Below, in pieces: positions 1-9,102 of a stretch of 41,290 bases of DNA. Source of the DNA: a virus. Its lineage: Duplodnaviria > Caudoviricetes. The translations under genes and the position numbers were made by a program. The stretch lies in the IMG/VR virus record IMGVR_UViG_3300040971_000086, positions 1 to 41,290 of that record. The stretch is one strand, 5' to 3'. Under the pieces are notes generated by a model. That model was not told the origin of the DNA. It saw only the letters and a program-made list of their open reading frames with translations, and did not search any database. Numbering within the stretch: the first letter of the stretch is position 1; each line of letters starts with the position of its first letter.

Positions 1-9
1 TTACTAAAT
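1..9. repeat. Terminal 9-bp direct repeat TTACTAAAT (also 41282..41290); circular overlap
   Basis: The first and last 9 nt are identical, and joining them restores a continuous reading frame (DTDLV-RGYA-MGGYT). Confidence 0.85.
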
Positions 10-1369
10 CAGTATCAAGCCCTGAACCCGCACCATCTACCCCTTTAATCTTATTTAATAGGTTATTCGGTGTTATTTCATTATATAATGCTGCAAGTGT
101 GGGAGTATCAAGGCCGGAGCGGTTTATGTCGCTGCGGTTTCCACTGGCTGCGCGGGTTAAAGTATTATTTAATTTGATTTTACTTTGCCCAATTTCCCGC
201 GGGTTCTTACTGGTTTCAATAACCCTCGTAGTTATAACTTCCATTTTCCCAGGCAATCTTATATTGACAGTATCCCCTACATTATAGGGAATATCTCCTC
301 CGGGCAAATCAATTAAATCATTTACTTCTGCTTCTATTGATAAAACAGGGTCTAATTTATCCATTAGAATTAATGCGCAGTTATTATAAATGATATATTT
401 ATTGGTTTCACTGGTTTCTGTTGTTCCTGTTTTTTTAGTTTTAACTTGTGAACCTTTCTTTTTATGTATATATCCATAATCTGCTCGGTCTTCTGTACTA
501 TAAACCATGAAAGACCCCGCGTCTTTATTAAAAGGCGCGTTCCAATATGCTTTAACAGTTTCCCCTCCGTTTTCCAGTTTTTCAATTATCATTGGTATAG
601 ACTGGCCTGCGGTTACTGCTAAGGCTTTAAAATCTGCCATGACTTGTGCGGTGGAAATACTGTCTTTAACTGCGGAACCCTCACGGGATTTAATGATTGG
701 GACTATTGCTGCATAAGTGTCCTCCTCGTTAACTGTTAACTCAATTTTATCTGTGTTTTCTCCTATTTCTATCGGGGTGGGGTGGGTTACGCCTATTTCC
801 TGTTTAAAGTCCATATATCTATTAATGGTGTTGTCTGCGGGGTCTTCTTCGTATCGTGTTATAAACACATTTCCAGTTTCCTCTTCAATTAAACGCAGCA
901 AGGCCATTAATGTAAGCGTCCCAGTAAAAGTTATTGTACTTTTTATAAGAGGGGTTTCATATTCGCCTATGGTATAATAATCATTAAACCAGGTTTCCAA
1001 TAATGTTTTATTAATTGTTATAGGGGAGGCTGTTGCGCTTTCCACGGGTGGGGTGTTGTTTAATTCAACTATAACTTCTTCTGCTGTTAATTCTATATCA
1101 ATCAAATCTTGGGTTTTTTCTGTGTTTATAATGTATAAACCTGCTCCCCCGTCGCCTGTATTATTGCACCAAATTTTATTCCCATGCTTTAACAGGGTTT
1201 CATATTCATATATCCCCTGGTCGTTCTGTGGGTGGGTTAATTTTAATTCTTTAATACCTACATACTTATTAATCTCGGTTACTTCTACATAATTAGGATT
1301 TAAAAAGCCCAGAACCTTCTCGTCTGGGCTTAAAATAATTATTTGGAGGCCTGTGTCATTGTAAGTTAT
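1..1369 (-). CDS. Tail-associated (Tal/baseplate hub-like) and tail fibre protein, 5' part; continues across the end junction into 41281..40932 (572 aa total)
   Basis: Missing from the ORF track. I translated it by hand: the frame is open from 1369 to 1 (ITYNDTGLQIIILSPDEKVLGFLNP...KIKGVDGAGSGLDTDLV). It follows the Dit-like gene and contains a DG.GSGLD.D tail-fibre-type motif. GGGAGG lies 8 nt upstream of an ATA codon at 1369. Confidence 0.8.
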   Translation of the reverse strand, partial: MTYNDTGLQIIILSPDEKVLGFLNPNYVEVTEINKYVGIKELKLTHPQNDQGIYEYETLLKHGNKIWCNNTGDGGAGLYIINTEKTQDLIDIELTAEEVIVELNNTPPVESATASPITINKTLLETWFNDYYTIGEYETPLIKSTITFTGTLTLMALLRLIEEETGNVFITRYEEDPADNTINRYMDFKQEIGVTHPTPIEIGENTDKIELTVNEEDTYAAIVPIIKSREGSAVKDSISTAQVMADFKALAVTAGQSIPMIIEKLENGGETVKAYWNAPFNKDAGSFMVYSTEDRADYGYIHKKKGSQVKTKKTGTTETSETNKYIIYNNCALILMDKLDPVLSIEAEVNDLIDLPGGDIPYNVGDTVNIRLPGKMEVITTRVIETSKNPREIGQSKIKLNNTLTRAASGNRSDINRSGLDTPTLAALYNEITPNNLLNKIKGVDGAGSGLDTDLV

Positions 1370-4099
1370 TTAAACCGCCTCCCGATACATTACTTTTTGA
1401 ACTATTCCTCCGCTGCATTGGGAAAAATCATAATACTCTCGTATTCTAAACCAGTAACTGGTTAAGCCTATTTTATCCGCATAATCCCCCCCCGCCTCGT
1501 CCTTAATGGTTCTTTTACTGGCATCAATGGTTAATATGGTTCCTTCGTCGAATTCGTGGTTTATAATCATGAACTGCCCGCTTACAGTATCATTTATTAC
1601 TATATGGCTTTCCCCTGTGCATAATACTTGGATAATAGGCTCTATCCTTATAAGGCCTTCGTTCCTGTCAACCGCTCCGGTGGTTTTAAGAGGTTTCCAA
1701 CCCACACCTTCCGGCAATAAGAAATTCGCAGTACATTCAAACTTGCCCGTGTCAAAGTCATTGTCAATTGCACCGTCCAGAACAACATTATATTCACGGC
1801 CTGTGTCCCAGTCAAATATTAATGTGTTATATATGGGTCTTTGCCATGTATCGCGTTTATTAGATAGCCATTCGGTTACTTCCATTAATAAGGTGTTTGC
1901 CTGTTCTAAGTTTTCCGCAACCAAGTTAAATTTAATTTTAAATGACTTGCTTCCTACTGTTGCGCTTGTTACTAATTCCCCGTCTGTTCTTTCCAGTTTA
2001 AGTCTTTTAAAATCTAAATCAAGACCCTCTGGTTTTTCCCAACCCGGAGCAATAAATAAATCATAATCTCTACTATGCCCTCCATTAACAGTTAACCCAG
2101 GGTTTCCCCGCGTTTTATCATATTGGAAATAGATTGTTATTTCTAAATTCTTTGCTGCAAGGCCTATTTCTCCCAGGTTAATATTATTAAAACTTAAAGC
2201 AATTACCAAATCTTTTAAATTTATTTTAGATAATCCCCACTTATCCCGCGACCCGCCTATATTAAATTCTGTGTCCGTGGCAGGTATTAATAATGATTTA
2301 ACTGTTTCGTCATTCCCATTGCTTATATTAACAGTTAAGCCTATTTCTTCCGGGGTTATTATGTCCCCAGATATTTTAAGACCTTTAATTATTAACCCAG
2401 GGTCTTCCTCATGCCCTGCCCAGTTAAAACTATCAAATATTAAAGGCGTACTTGTGCGCTGTGAACTAATAACAACCTCTGCATAATCCGTGTTCTCTAA
2501 TAATAAAGCGGGGTTATCAAATAACAGGGCAGGAAGTTCATAATCTGTGGTTTTCCCTAAAAATAGGGCAAAGCCTCCAAATTCCATTTTAGAAGTGGAG
2601 GGGCTAATTTCCACATATTGCCCATAAATTCTTAAATTTATTGGTTCCGCAGCATCATATATGAAAGTAGTTTTAACCCTTTGCACAGTGTCTAATTCTT
2701 TTGGCCTGGTGCTTAAAAACTCTCCCCCGTTCATTATGCTGATTTTATGGTTTTTAAGACCAGGATAAACTGTGCTTAATTGAGTATCTGTGATATAAGT
2801 ATAAGCGCTTAAAGTATAAGTTTCACCATCATGCAGGTAATTTAAAACCTCCTCCGGTAAGGCATAATCTGTATAAAAAGGGGTTGTAACGCTTGCAGAA
2901 AGAATTACTATTGGAACAGTGGTTGTTGTTCCTGTGGGGGCTGTTATTGCCTGGGTTACTTCTCCGGGTGTTGTTCCTGTTAATACCAGGGTTAAGGTCG
3001 CAGTTTTATTTGTAAAAGATGCTGCCCAGATACCAGTCCCTTCATTATATGTGCCATTCCCAGAACTGGATTTATAAGATAACTCCGCAGGGATATTTAT
3101 ATTAATGTTCGCGGTTGTTATAACTGTCGTGTTAACATTAACTGTTATATTATAGGTTAAATCCTGCCCCTGAGTTACTATTTGCTCTTCTATACTTGGG
3201 AAAGTATAAGACGGTGCTAATATATTTGTTGATTTGCTTATATTAGTTCCAAATCCGTCCACAGATGCAGTTATTGTTTTATTTCCTGCGGTGGTCGTGT
3301 TTAAAATTAAGGTTAATTTCGCTTCACGGTTACTATTTAAAACCGCAGTCCATTTCCCCGTACTGGTTGAATAAGACCCGTTCCCTGTTTGGCTTGCCAG
3401 GGTTAACCCAGACGGCAATGAACCGAGGGTAACTGGGATACTTGCGCCTGCATGGCAATTATTAGTATTTTTTAGGGTTAAAGTATAAACTACTTGCTCG
3501 CCTACGACTTTTCCCTGGGTTAAATCCGCAGCCAAAGAATATGTAGGGTCTGTATAATCAACAGTAACCCTTATATAATCTAAATAAACCGTCCCAGGGT
3601 TGGAGGCGGTGTTCCGGGCAGGGTTCCAATAAACCCCGAAAGCGCTACTTGCAATATTTGCCGCCTTCATATTAGGGTATTCGCTTAAATAAAAACCTAT
3701 GCTGCGCCCTGTTCTGGAAGTGGGAATACTTGCTGAATGTTTTTTATATGATGTATTGCTTCCATTATTTGCATTAAAAAGTAGAATATTTTTATAGGGG
3801 ATAGTGGGAACACCTGTTGTCCCACCAGAGGGATTTCTTAGGTATTCCTCCCATACTGCAATAACAGAATTAATTTTTGCATTAGCCTTAAAACTAAACC
3901 CGAAATTTGTAACTTTTATTCTGCCTGGTTTGCTTACTGTTCCGCTTTTACTGCCCAGACTGACACTGTTTGCATCATTGTTATTGTCTGCTTTAAGGTT
4001 GTTTACATTTGCCCAGGTGGTTTCGGTTAAAGTTCCGTAGGTGTTTGTTTCCACTCTTTCAAAGGCACATGTGCCGGGATACCTTGTAACTGTTGCCAT
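1370..4099 (-). CDS. Extended distal tail (Dit-like) protein with N-terminal DUF11/Ig-like adhesin domains
   Basis: 909 aa, downstream of the tape measure gene. Two DUF11-like units (VYTLTLKN..LPSGLT...GSYSTSTGKW; TYNITVNV..IPAELSY..GTYNEGTGIW). The C-terminal ~250 aa, starting GLTVNGGHSRDYDLFI, resembles siphovirus Dit. Confidence 0.7.
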   Translation of the reverse strand: MATVTRYPGTCAFERVETNTYGTLTETTWANVNNLKADNNNDANSVSLGSKSGTVSKPGRIKVTNFGFSFKANAKINSVIAVWEEYLRNPSGGTTGVPTIPYKNILLFNANNGSNTSYKKHSASIPTSRTGRSIGFYLSEYPNMKAANIASSAFGVYWNPARNTASNPGTVYLDYIRVTVDYTDPTYSLAADLTQGKVVGEQVVYTLTLKNTNNCHAGASIPVTLGSLPSGLTLASQTGNGSYSTSTGKWTAVLNSNREAKLTLILNTTTAGNKTITASVDGFGTNISKSTNILAPSYTFPSIEEQIVTQGQDLTYNITVNVNTTVITTANININIPAELSYKSSSGNGTYNEGTGIWAASFTNKTATLTLVLTGTTPGEVTQAITAPTGTTTTVPIVILSASVTTPFYTDYALPEEVLNYLHDGETYTLSAYTYITDTQLSTVYPGLKNHKISIMNGGEFLSTRPKELDTVQRVKTTFIYDAAEPINLRIYGQYVEISPSTSKMEFGGFALFLGKTTDYELPALLFDNPALLLENTDYAEVVISSQRTSTPLIFDSFNWAGHEEDPGLIIKGLKISGDIITPEEIGLTVNISNGNDETVKSLLIPATDTEFNIGGSRDKWGLSKINLKDLVIALSFNNINLGEIGLAAKNLEITIYFQYDKTRGNPGLTVNGGHSRDYDLFIAPGWEKPEGLDLDFKRLKLERTDGELVTSATVGSKSFKIKFNLVAENLEQANTLLMEVTEWLSNKRDTWQRPIYNTLIFDWDTGREYNVVLDGAIDNDFDTGKFECTANFLLPEGVGWKPLKTTGAVDRNEGLIRIEPIIQVLCTGESHIVINDTVSGQFMIINHEFDEGTILTIDASKRTIKDEAGGDYADKIGLTSYWFRIREYYDFSQCSGGIVQKVMYREAV

Positions 4100-4104
4100 T
4101 ATTT

Positions 4105-4293
4105 TTAACCTCCGGAGTTATAACTTAATTCCACAAATATTATTTCTCTGTCATCTATGGTGCGGGGTGTTCCATAGATAACCGTCGCTTGGCTATTATT
4201 AAAAGCGGATAAATCATTTAATTCTCCTAATTCTAAACCAATGATGTTTCCGCCTATTTTAACGCTGTCTGGTGTTGTTTTGAACTCTTCCAT
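4105..4293 (-). CDS. Small hypothetical tail-module protein
   Basis: 62 aa, fills the gap between the tape measure and Dit-like genes; GGAGG upstream. Confidence 0.6.
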   Translation of the reverse strand: MEEFKTTPDSVKIGGNIIGLELGELNDLSAFNNSQATVIYGTPRTIDDREIIFVELSYNSGG

Positions 4294-4294
4294 T

Positions 4295-7200
4295 TTAACC
4301 CATGCCTCCCACTGCGCGGCCTTCCCGCTTACTTATTCTTTCTACCTCTAAATTTAACCTGTTCATGAAACCTCTGTCCTTAACCAGGATTTTAATTAAT
4401 TCGCTGTCGGTTATAACTTTTTTAAGTAATTCAACCAGGCTTGCCTCGTTAATATTTTCTGGTAAGTTTTCCAGGTTTATATTAAGATTTAAGTCCATTT
4501 CTTCCAATATTTTTATTTCTTTGGTGTTACTGCCTGGTGCTTCAATTAAATCCGCAGGGCCTGCGCTTCTTACCCTTGGGCTCATTAAACCATGTCCTGC
4601 CTGGATAGCGGTGGTATCTATGTCAATGCCTCCCACTTTACTCCATACATGACGCGTTGAACCCCAGAAGCCCCTTTGCATGCTGTTTGATAATCCAAAT
4701 TTAGAGGCAAGACCCCGGACAATTTGCATTCCGTCCCAACAATTAAAATTCCCATTTCTTAATGCTGCCGCAGGACTTCCATATCCACTATTAAAGTAGA
4801 ATTTGTACTTTGTTTTTCCTATAACTCCCTGTATCCACTTGGCAAACCATTGCGCATTGGCCTTTAAAGGCATTGTGCTGTTAGTGAAATCTCCCACTTT
4901 AAGGGTTTGACCCAGGCCTTCAAATTGAGGTATCCAGTTATTAACTTTACCCATGGCTTGCTTAATCCACGGCGCATCATAATCCCACCCCGCAAAGCAA
5001 TTATAAGGGTCATTGCATGCACCTTCGGGCATGTCTTCTAATATCTGGGTGTCTGGGGAAGGGCCTGCATAGCCTCCACCGCCTCCGCTTATATTGATAT
5101 TAGGCATGTCTGGGGAAGGGCCTGCATAGCCTCCACTGCTTAACAACCTTGCAGGGTTCCTTATACGACCCCAGAAAGTAGCCATATTTGAGGATAAGTT
5201 TCTTATTTTACTGGTTACTTGGCTATCAATTGTCTTTGCAGAGCCTATTAACGCGCTTTTCATTCCGTCCCATGACCGTTCTACGGTGTTTATTTCTTTG
5301 GTGGTTCCGGTTCTTATTGCTGCAAGTGTTGTCCGGGTAACTGTTGAAATTGCCTGGTATCCTTTGCGGTTTTCTTCGCCCATGGTTCTTATAGTGGAGG
5401 TCATGGTTTTTTCCATTCCCTTAAAAGTGGTATCTGTGAATGAACTCACTGTTGTTAGTATGCCCTGGGTGGTATTGGATTGGGCTTGCAATGCGTCGGT
5501 ATCATAAAATTGAGTAACCGTTGCAGAATTCGGGTCTATGGTCGGGGTGTCTGCGCTAATATTTGCAGACATTTCAAGATTACCTATGTTATTTTTTATT
5601 CCCTCTCCCATCTGTGCCGCTGCATCACCCACGCCATTATTCAGTAAGGTATCCTCTAACCGTGAAACCTCCTCCGTAAACCTATAATACATGAAACCAG
5701 GGCTTTTAATTCCTAATGCTCCCAGGAAACCGTCTAATATTTTCTTACCCAGTCCCTGCGCTTTCTGCCATAACTGTCCTCCTATTTCTGTTATTTTCCC
5801 ACCGATTTTAAGCAATTCATTATAAACTTTGCCTGGTGCCTGTTTAATTTGGCTTAAAAGACCTTCTAAGAATTTAATACCTGCGTCAATTGCTCTTTGC
5901 CTTATACTTCGTGCAAAGTTTAGAACATAGTTTGCAGTGGATACCAACCAGTTCCAGAATTTCCCAGGTAATGATTTAATATTGTTAATTAAATTATTAA
6001 CAAATCCTTTCCCTGCATTCACGGCCTTATTCCACATGTCCGCAGCCCATTTCCCCAGGTTTTTAATAATAGCAAATAATATCTCCGCGAACATTAATTT
6101 AACGCTATCCCAGATTTGGCCAAGAGCCTCGCCTGCTGTTATATTGCCTTCCACTAACTGGGTAATTATATCTATTACTCGTGTGAAATGACCCATAACT
6201 GCGCCAAGTATGCCTATTATGGTTTCCCACACCGCACCGAATAGACTGCCCGCTATTTCCGCACCGACGCTTAATATTTCCCATAACTGTTCAAATGCAG
6301 GCGTGAAATGTTCTATTATAAGGCTGCCTACCCAGATTAAAACATCTCCCACGGCAGCGAATACTCCCTGTAAGGTTGTCCAAATATCCCCCGCTTCTGC
6401 GGACTTATCATCAAGCCATGCACCCGCAACAACCATAATTGCGTCCCATAACCTGCCTAATGCAGCCAATAAAGGAGATATTATGCCCATTAACCTATTC
6501 CAACCCTCTTGAATTGCCGTTATTGCAGGTTGAAGAAATGAAACCAACGCGTCCCATAAACCCATAATAGATTCCCGGAACCCTTCATTATTCTGCCATA
6601 CATAAATAAGGACACCCACGAGAGCAAGAATTAAAATTATTATAATTCCAATAGGGTTTGCAGACATTGCTGCATTTAAAGCCCATTGCGCAGCAGACGC
6701 GGCCATAGTGGCACCTGTTTTCACCGCGGTTACTGCGCTTCCTAACACTGTCGCCGCGTTATCCTTTAATTTAGATAAAAAGCCCGTATTCGTGGCAGCG
6801 GTGGCTGTATTAACTGCTCCTGCATGTGCCATTGCTGCGCCTGTTGCTACGGACAGAGATGTCGCGCTCCCATAATTTAATAAGATATTTGCACCGCTTG
6901 CAATTTTAGATTTAATTTTAGATAATAATCCCGCATTGGTGGCGGTGGTATTTGCAACCATTGCTCCGGTTTCCCCTGCGGTTGAACCTGCCAATAATAT
7001 CTTTGCACTTGCAAGACCTGTGACAATAGTAGATAAACCTGCCATTGCCCCGCCGACGCTTGAAACCATGCTTAGAGTATCTCCATATTGCATAGTAATA
7101 TCGTCTAAGGCGGCTCTTGCCTGGTCTATAACTGTTTTATGTTCCGCTTCTTCTGCTGCGGCTTCATTTATCTTACCTGCATAGGCTGCCGTCGCCTGTT

Positions 7201-8233
7201 CTGCGTTTTGTAGGCTGCCAGGCTGCATGCCTAATGTTTTCTCCAATTCTTCGAGGTTTCCGTTACTGTCTTTTATTGCTTCATTTAATCCAGTGTATGC
7301 AGCACGACCTCCCCCGAATTTCTTTGTGGAAGCGGCTATTATTACCGCAGTCTGGTCTATATTTAACCCCATTTCCTTAAAAGTAGCATCATATTTCGTC
7401 ATCCACCCAATATATGCCTCTGTGCCTCCCGTTACATTTGCCTGGGCATAAGCAATTGCATTATATGAAGACGGGATATTGGTTAAATCAACACCCATTA
7501 CTTTAAATGAACTGGTAAGTTTATTTATATTATCTGCGCCAACACCCGTCGCATCGTTAAGTATATCCAAGTCGGTTGCGCTTTTCGCGAAAAACTTAGA
7601 TTCAACGCCCATTTGGTTTAAAGTCCTGGTATATAGTATGGCCTCGTCTGTGGGAAATGTTGCGTTGGTTATATGCGCAACCATATCCCTCAATGCAGGT
7701 TCTGCCATACCGGACTCTGTTGATAGTCTGCCTACTTCAATACTGGTATCATTTATATTCTGTGCTGCAATTTCCATTCCTGCGGTTAAAGTACCAAGAG
7801 CAATTGTTGCACCTATAAACCCGTCTTCTATGTTGCCGCCTGCTTCTCCCCCAGAATTGCCTAATTCTTGCAGGTTGTTACTTGCATTACTTGCATCGTT
7901 ACCCACTCCGTTTATACTATCCCCTGCGCTTATGGCGGAATTAGAAATCCCGTCTATTGAACCCTCTGCGCTTTCTGCGGAACTGCTAACTGTTTCCAGG
8001 GCTGACGAACTGGTATCCGCTGCCCCTGATATTTCTTCTATCCCTTCCCCGCTTATACTGTCTAATGCTGCCGCAGAGGTATCCGCTGCGCCACCCATGC
8101 CTTCAACAGTGGAAGACGCATCACCTGCGCTGTTTTCCACACTATCAAATGAGGTTTGGGCAGTATTAGCAATGCCTTCCAGGTTGGAAGATACATTATC
8201 TATTAGATTAACTATTATTTCGGTTAAACTCAT
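4295..8233 (-). CDS. Tape measure protein with C-terminal transglutaminase-like (Pei-like) domain
   Basis: ~1312 aa, Ala/Gly-rich, with W/F-periodic helical repeats, the AAQWALNAAMSANPIGIII motif and a hydrophobic segment. It follows the tail chaperones. The C-terminus has NCWD...HVW...DID. The likely start is ATG at 8233 (MSLTE). Confidence 0.9.
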   Translation of the reverse strand: MSLTEIIVNLIDNVSSNLEGIANTAQTSFDSVENSAGDASSTVEGMGGAADTSAAALDSISGEGIEEISGAADTSSSALETVSSSAESAEGSIDGISNSAISAGDSINGVGNDASNASNNLQELGNSGGEAGGNIEDGFIGATIALGTLTAGMEIAAQNINDTSIEVGRLSTESGMAEPALRDMVAHITNATFPTDEAILYTRTLNQMGVESKFFAKSATDLDILNDATGVGADNINKLTSSFKVMGVDLTNIPSSYNAIAYAQANVTGGTEAYIGWMTKYDATFKEMGLNIDQTAVIIAASTKKFGGGRAAYTGLNEAIKDSNGNLEELEKTLGMQPGSLQNAEQATAAYAGKINEAAAEEAEHKTVIDQARAALDDITMQYGDTLSMVSSVGGAMAGLSTIVTGLASAKILLAGSTAGETGAMVANTTATNAGLLSKIKSKIASGANILLNYGSATSLSVATGAAMAHAGAVNTATAATNTGFLSKLKDNAATVLGSAVTAVKTGATMAASAAQWALNAAMSANPIGIIIILILALVGVLIYVWQNNEGFRESIMGLWDALVSFLQPAITAIQEGWNRLMGIISPLLAALGRLWDAIMVVAGAWLDDKSAEAGDIWTTLQGVFAAVGDVLIWVGSLIIEHFTPAFEQLWEILSVGAEIAGSLFGAVWETIIGILGAVMGHFTRVIDIITQLVEGNITAGEALGQIWDSVKLMFAEILFAIIKNLGKWAADMWNKAVNAGKGFVNNLINNIKSLPGKFWNWLVSTANYVLNFARSIRQRAIDAGIKFLEGLLSQIKQAPGKVYNELLKIGGKITEIGGQLWQKAQGLGKKILDGFLGALGIKSPGFMYYRFTEEVSRLEDTLLNNGVGDAAAQMGEGIKNNIGNLEMSANISADTPTIDPNSATVTQFYDTDALQAQSNTTQGILTTVSSFTDTTFKGMEKTMTSTIRTMGEENRKGYQAISTVTRTTLAAIRTGTTKEINTVERSWDGMKSALIGSAKTIDSQVTSKIRNLSSNMATFWGRIRNPARLLSSGGYAGPSPDMPNINISGGGGGYAGPSPDTQILEDMPEGACNDPYNCFAGWDYDAPWIKQAMGKVNNWIPQFEGLGQTLKVGDFTNSTMPLKANAQWFAKWIQGVIGKTKYKFYFNSGYGSPAAALRNGNFNCWDGMQIVRGLASKFGLSNSMQRGFWGSTRHVWSKVGGIDIDTTAIQAGHGLMSPRVRSAGPADLIEAPGSNTKEIKILEEMDLNLNINLENLPENINEASLVELLKKVITDSELIKILVKDRGFMNRLNLEVERISKREGRAVGGMG
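5050..5136. repeat. 30-bp identical direct repeat (5050..5079, 5107..5136) encoding GGYAGPSPD twice
   Basis: TGTCTGGGGAAGGGCCTGCATAGCCTCCAC occurs twice with a 57-bp period, in frame within the tape measure gene. Confidence 0.9.
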
Positions 8234-8338
8234 AATCCATAACACCCTTAAAATAAAATTTAATAAGAATTAAATTTGCAAATAAAAATAATAAAATAAA
8301 ATATATAAAAAAAATAGAGATAAAACCAAATAAAGGGT

Positions 8339-8605
8339 TTATCTCTTAATCTTAGGTGGGGGCAAATCCGCAGGGTTTTTTAACCTTTCCAGGCTTTTCT
8401 CCCGCACAGTTTCCCCGCTTGCTTCTTCTGCGGGAGTTCCACCCATTAAGGAAATCATAAATTTCCGTTCATCATTAACATATTTAACCAGGCCATATTC
8501 TAAGAATAGTCTTTGTTTTTCTGTTAAATCTGCCTGGGTTTTAACTAATGGTATTCCATGCACCTGCAATCTAATTATACTCTGTCCCTGGCTATTCTTG
8601 GCGAA
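8339..8605 (-). CDS. Tail assembly chaperone, frameshifted extension (GT-like)
   Basis: Lies between the chaperone and tape measure genes and overlaps the chaperone 3' end in the +1 frame at GAT TTT CGC. It has no convincing start or RBS of its own. Confidence 0.7.
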   Translation of the reverse strand, partial: FAKNSQGQSIIRLQVHGIPLVKTQADLTEKQRLFLEYGLVKYVNDERKFMISLMGGTPAEEASGETVREKSLERLKNPADLPPPKIKR

Positions 8606-9047
8606 AATCCGCAAGCAAATCCAGGTCTTTCTTTGTTAAACTACTGATTTCAACTACTTTGGCAAATATGTCGTCCACTAACTCCGCAGGCAAATCCCAG
8701 ACAATAGCCTCTGGTATTTCTGCGCTTAAACTAATGGCGCGGTATTTGGTATTTGCTATATTTCTTTTAAGGGAACTATAATCAATTTCACTTTCCAGGT
8801 TCTGCATCTGTTTGTTAACTTCATTTTTTAAAGCCTTGGTTTTCCCGCGCTTATGTTTGTCAATTACATCTTGCTTAATATGGATAGTACCTTTCTGTCC
8901 CTTCTTTTCTATACCTTGGAGTTCCACTATTTGCATACTGGTTAAGGGTTTTAATTTAAATGGCTGTTTTAACCCATTAAATGCATATTCCTGCGCTGCG
9001 TTTCCATTTATGACTTCTTTTAATATTTCTGCGTTATTGTTAACCAT
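8592..9047 (-). CDS. Tail assembly chaperone (G-like)
   Basis: 151 aa between the major tail and tape measure genes; FKLKPLT motif typical of chaperones; AGGAGG RBS. Confidence 0.75.
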   Translation of the reverse strand: MVNNNAEILKEVINGNAAQEYAFNGLKQPFKLKPLTSMQIVELQGIEKKGQKGTIHIKQDVIDKHKRGKTKALKNEVNKQMQNLESEIDYSSLKRNIANTKYRAISLSAEIPEAIVWDLPAELVDDIFAKVVEISSLTKKDLDLLADFRQE

Positions 9048-9102
9048 GATATTTTCCTCCTAATAAATAAAAAAATATAATAAAATAATGTGGGTTGTTT
9101 AA

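Noticed and set aside
370-585. 71-aa - strand ORF
   Set aside because: It lies out of frame inside the long junction-spanning tail gene.
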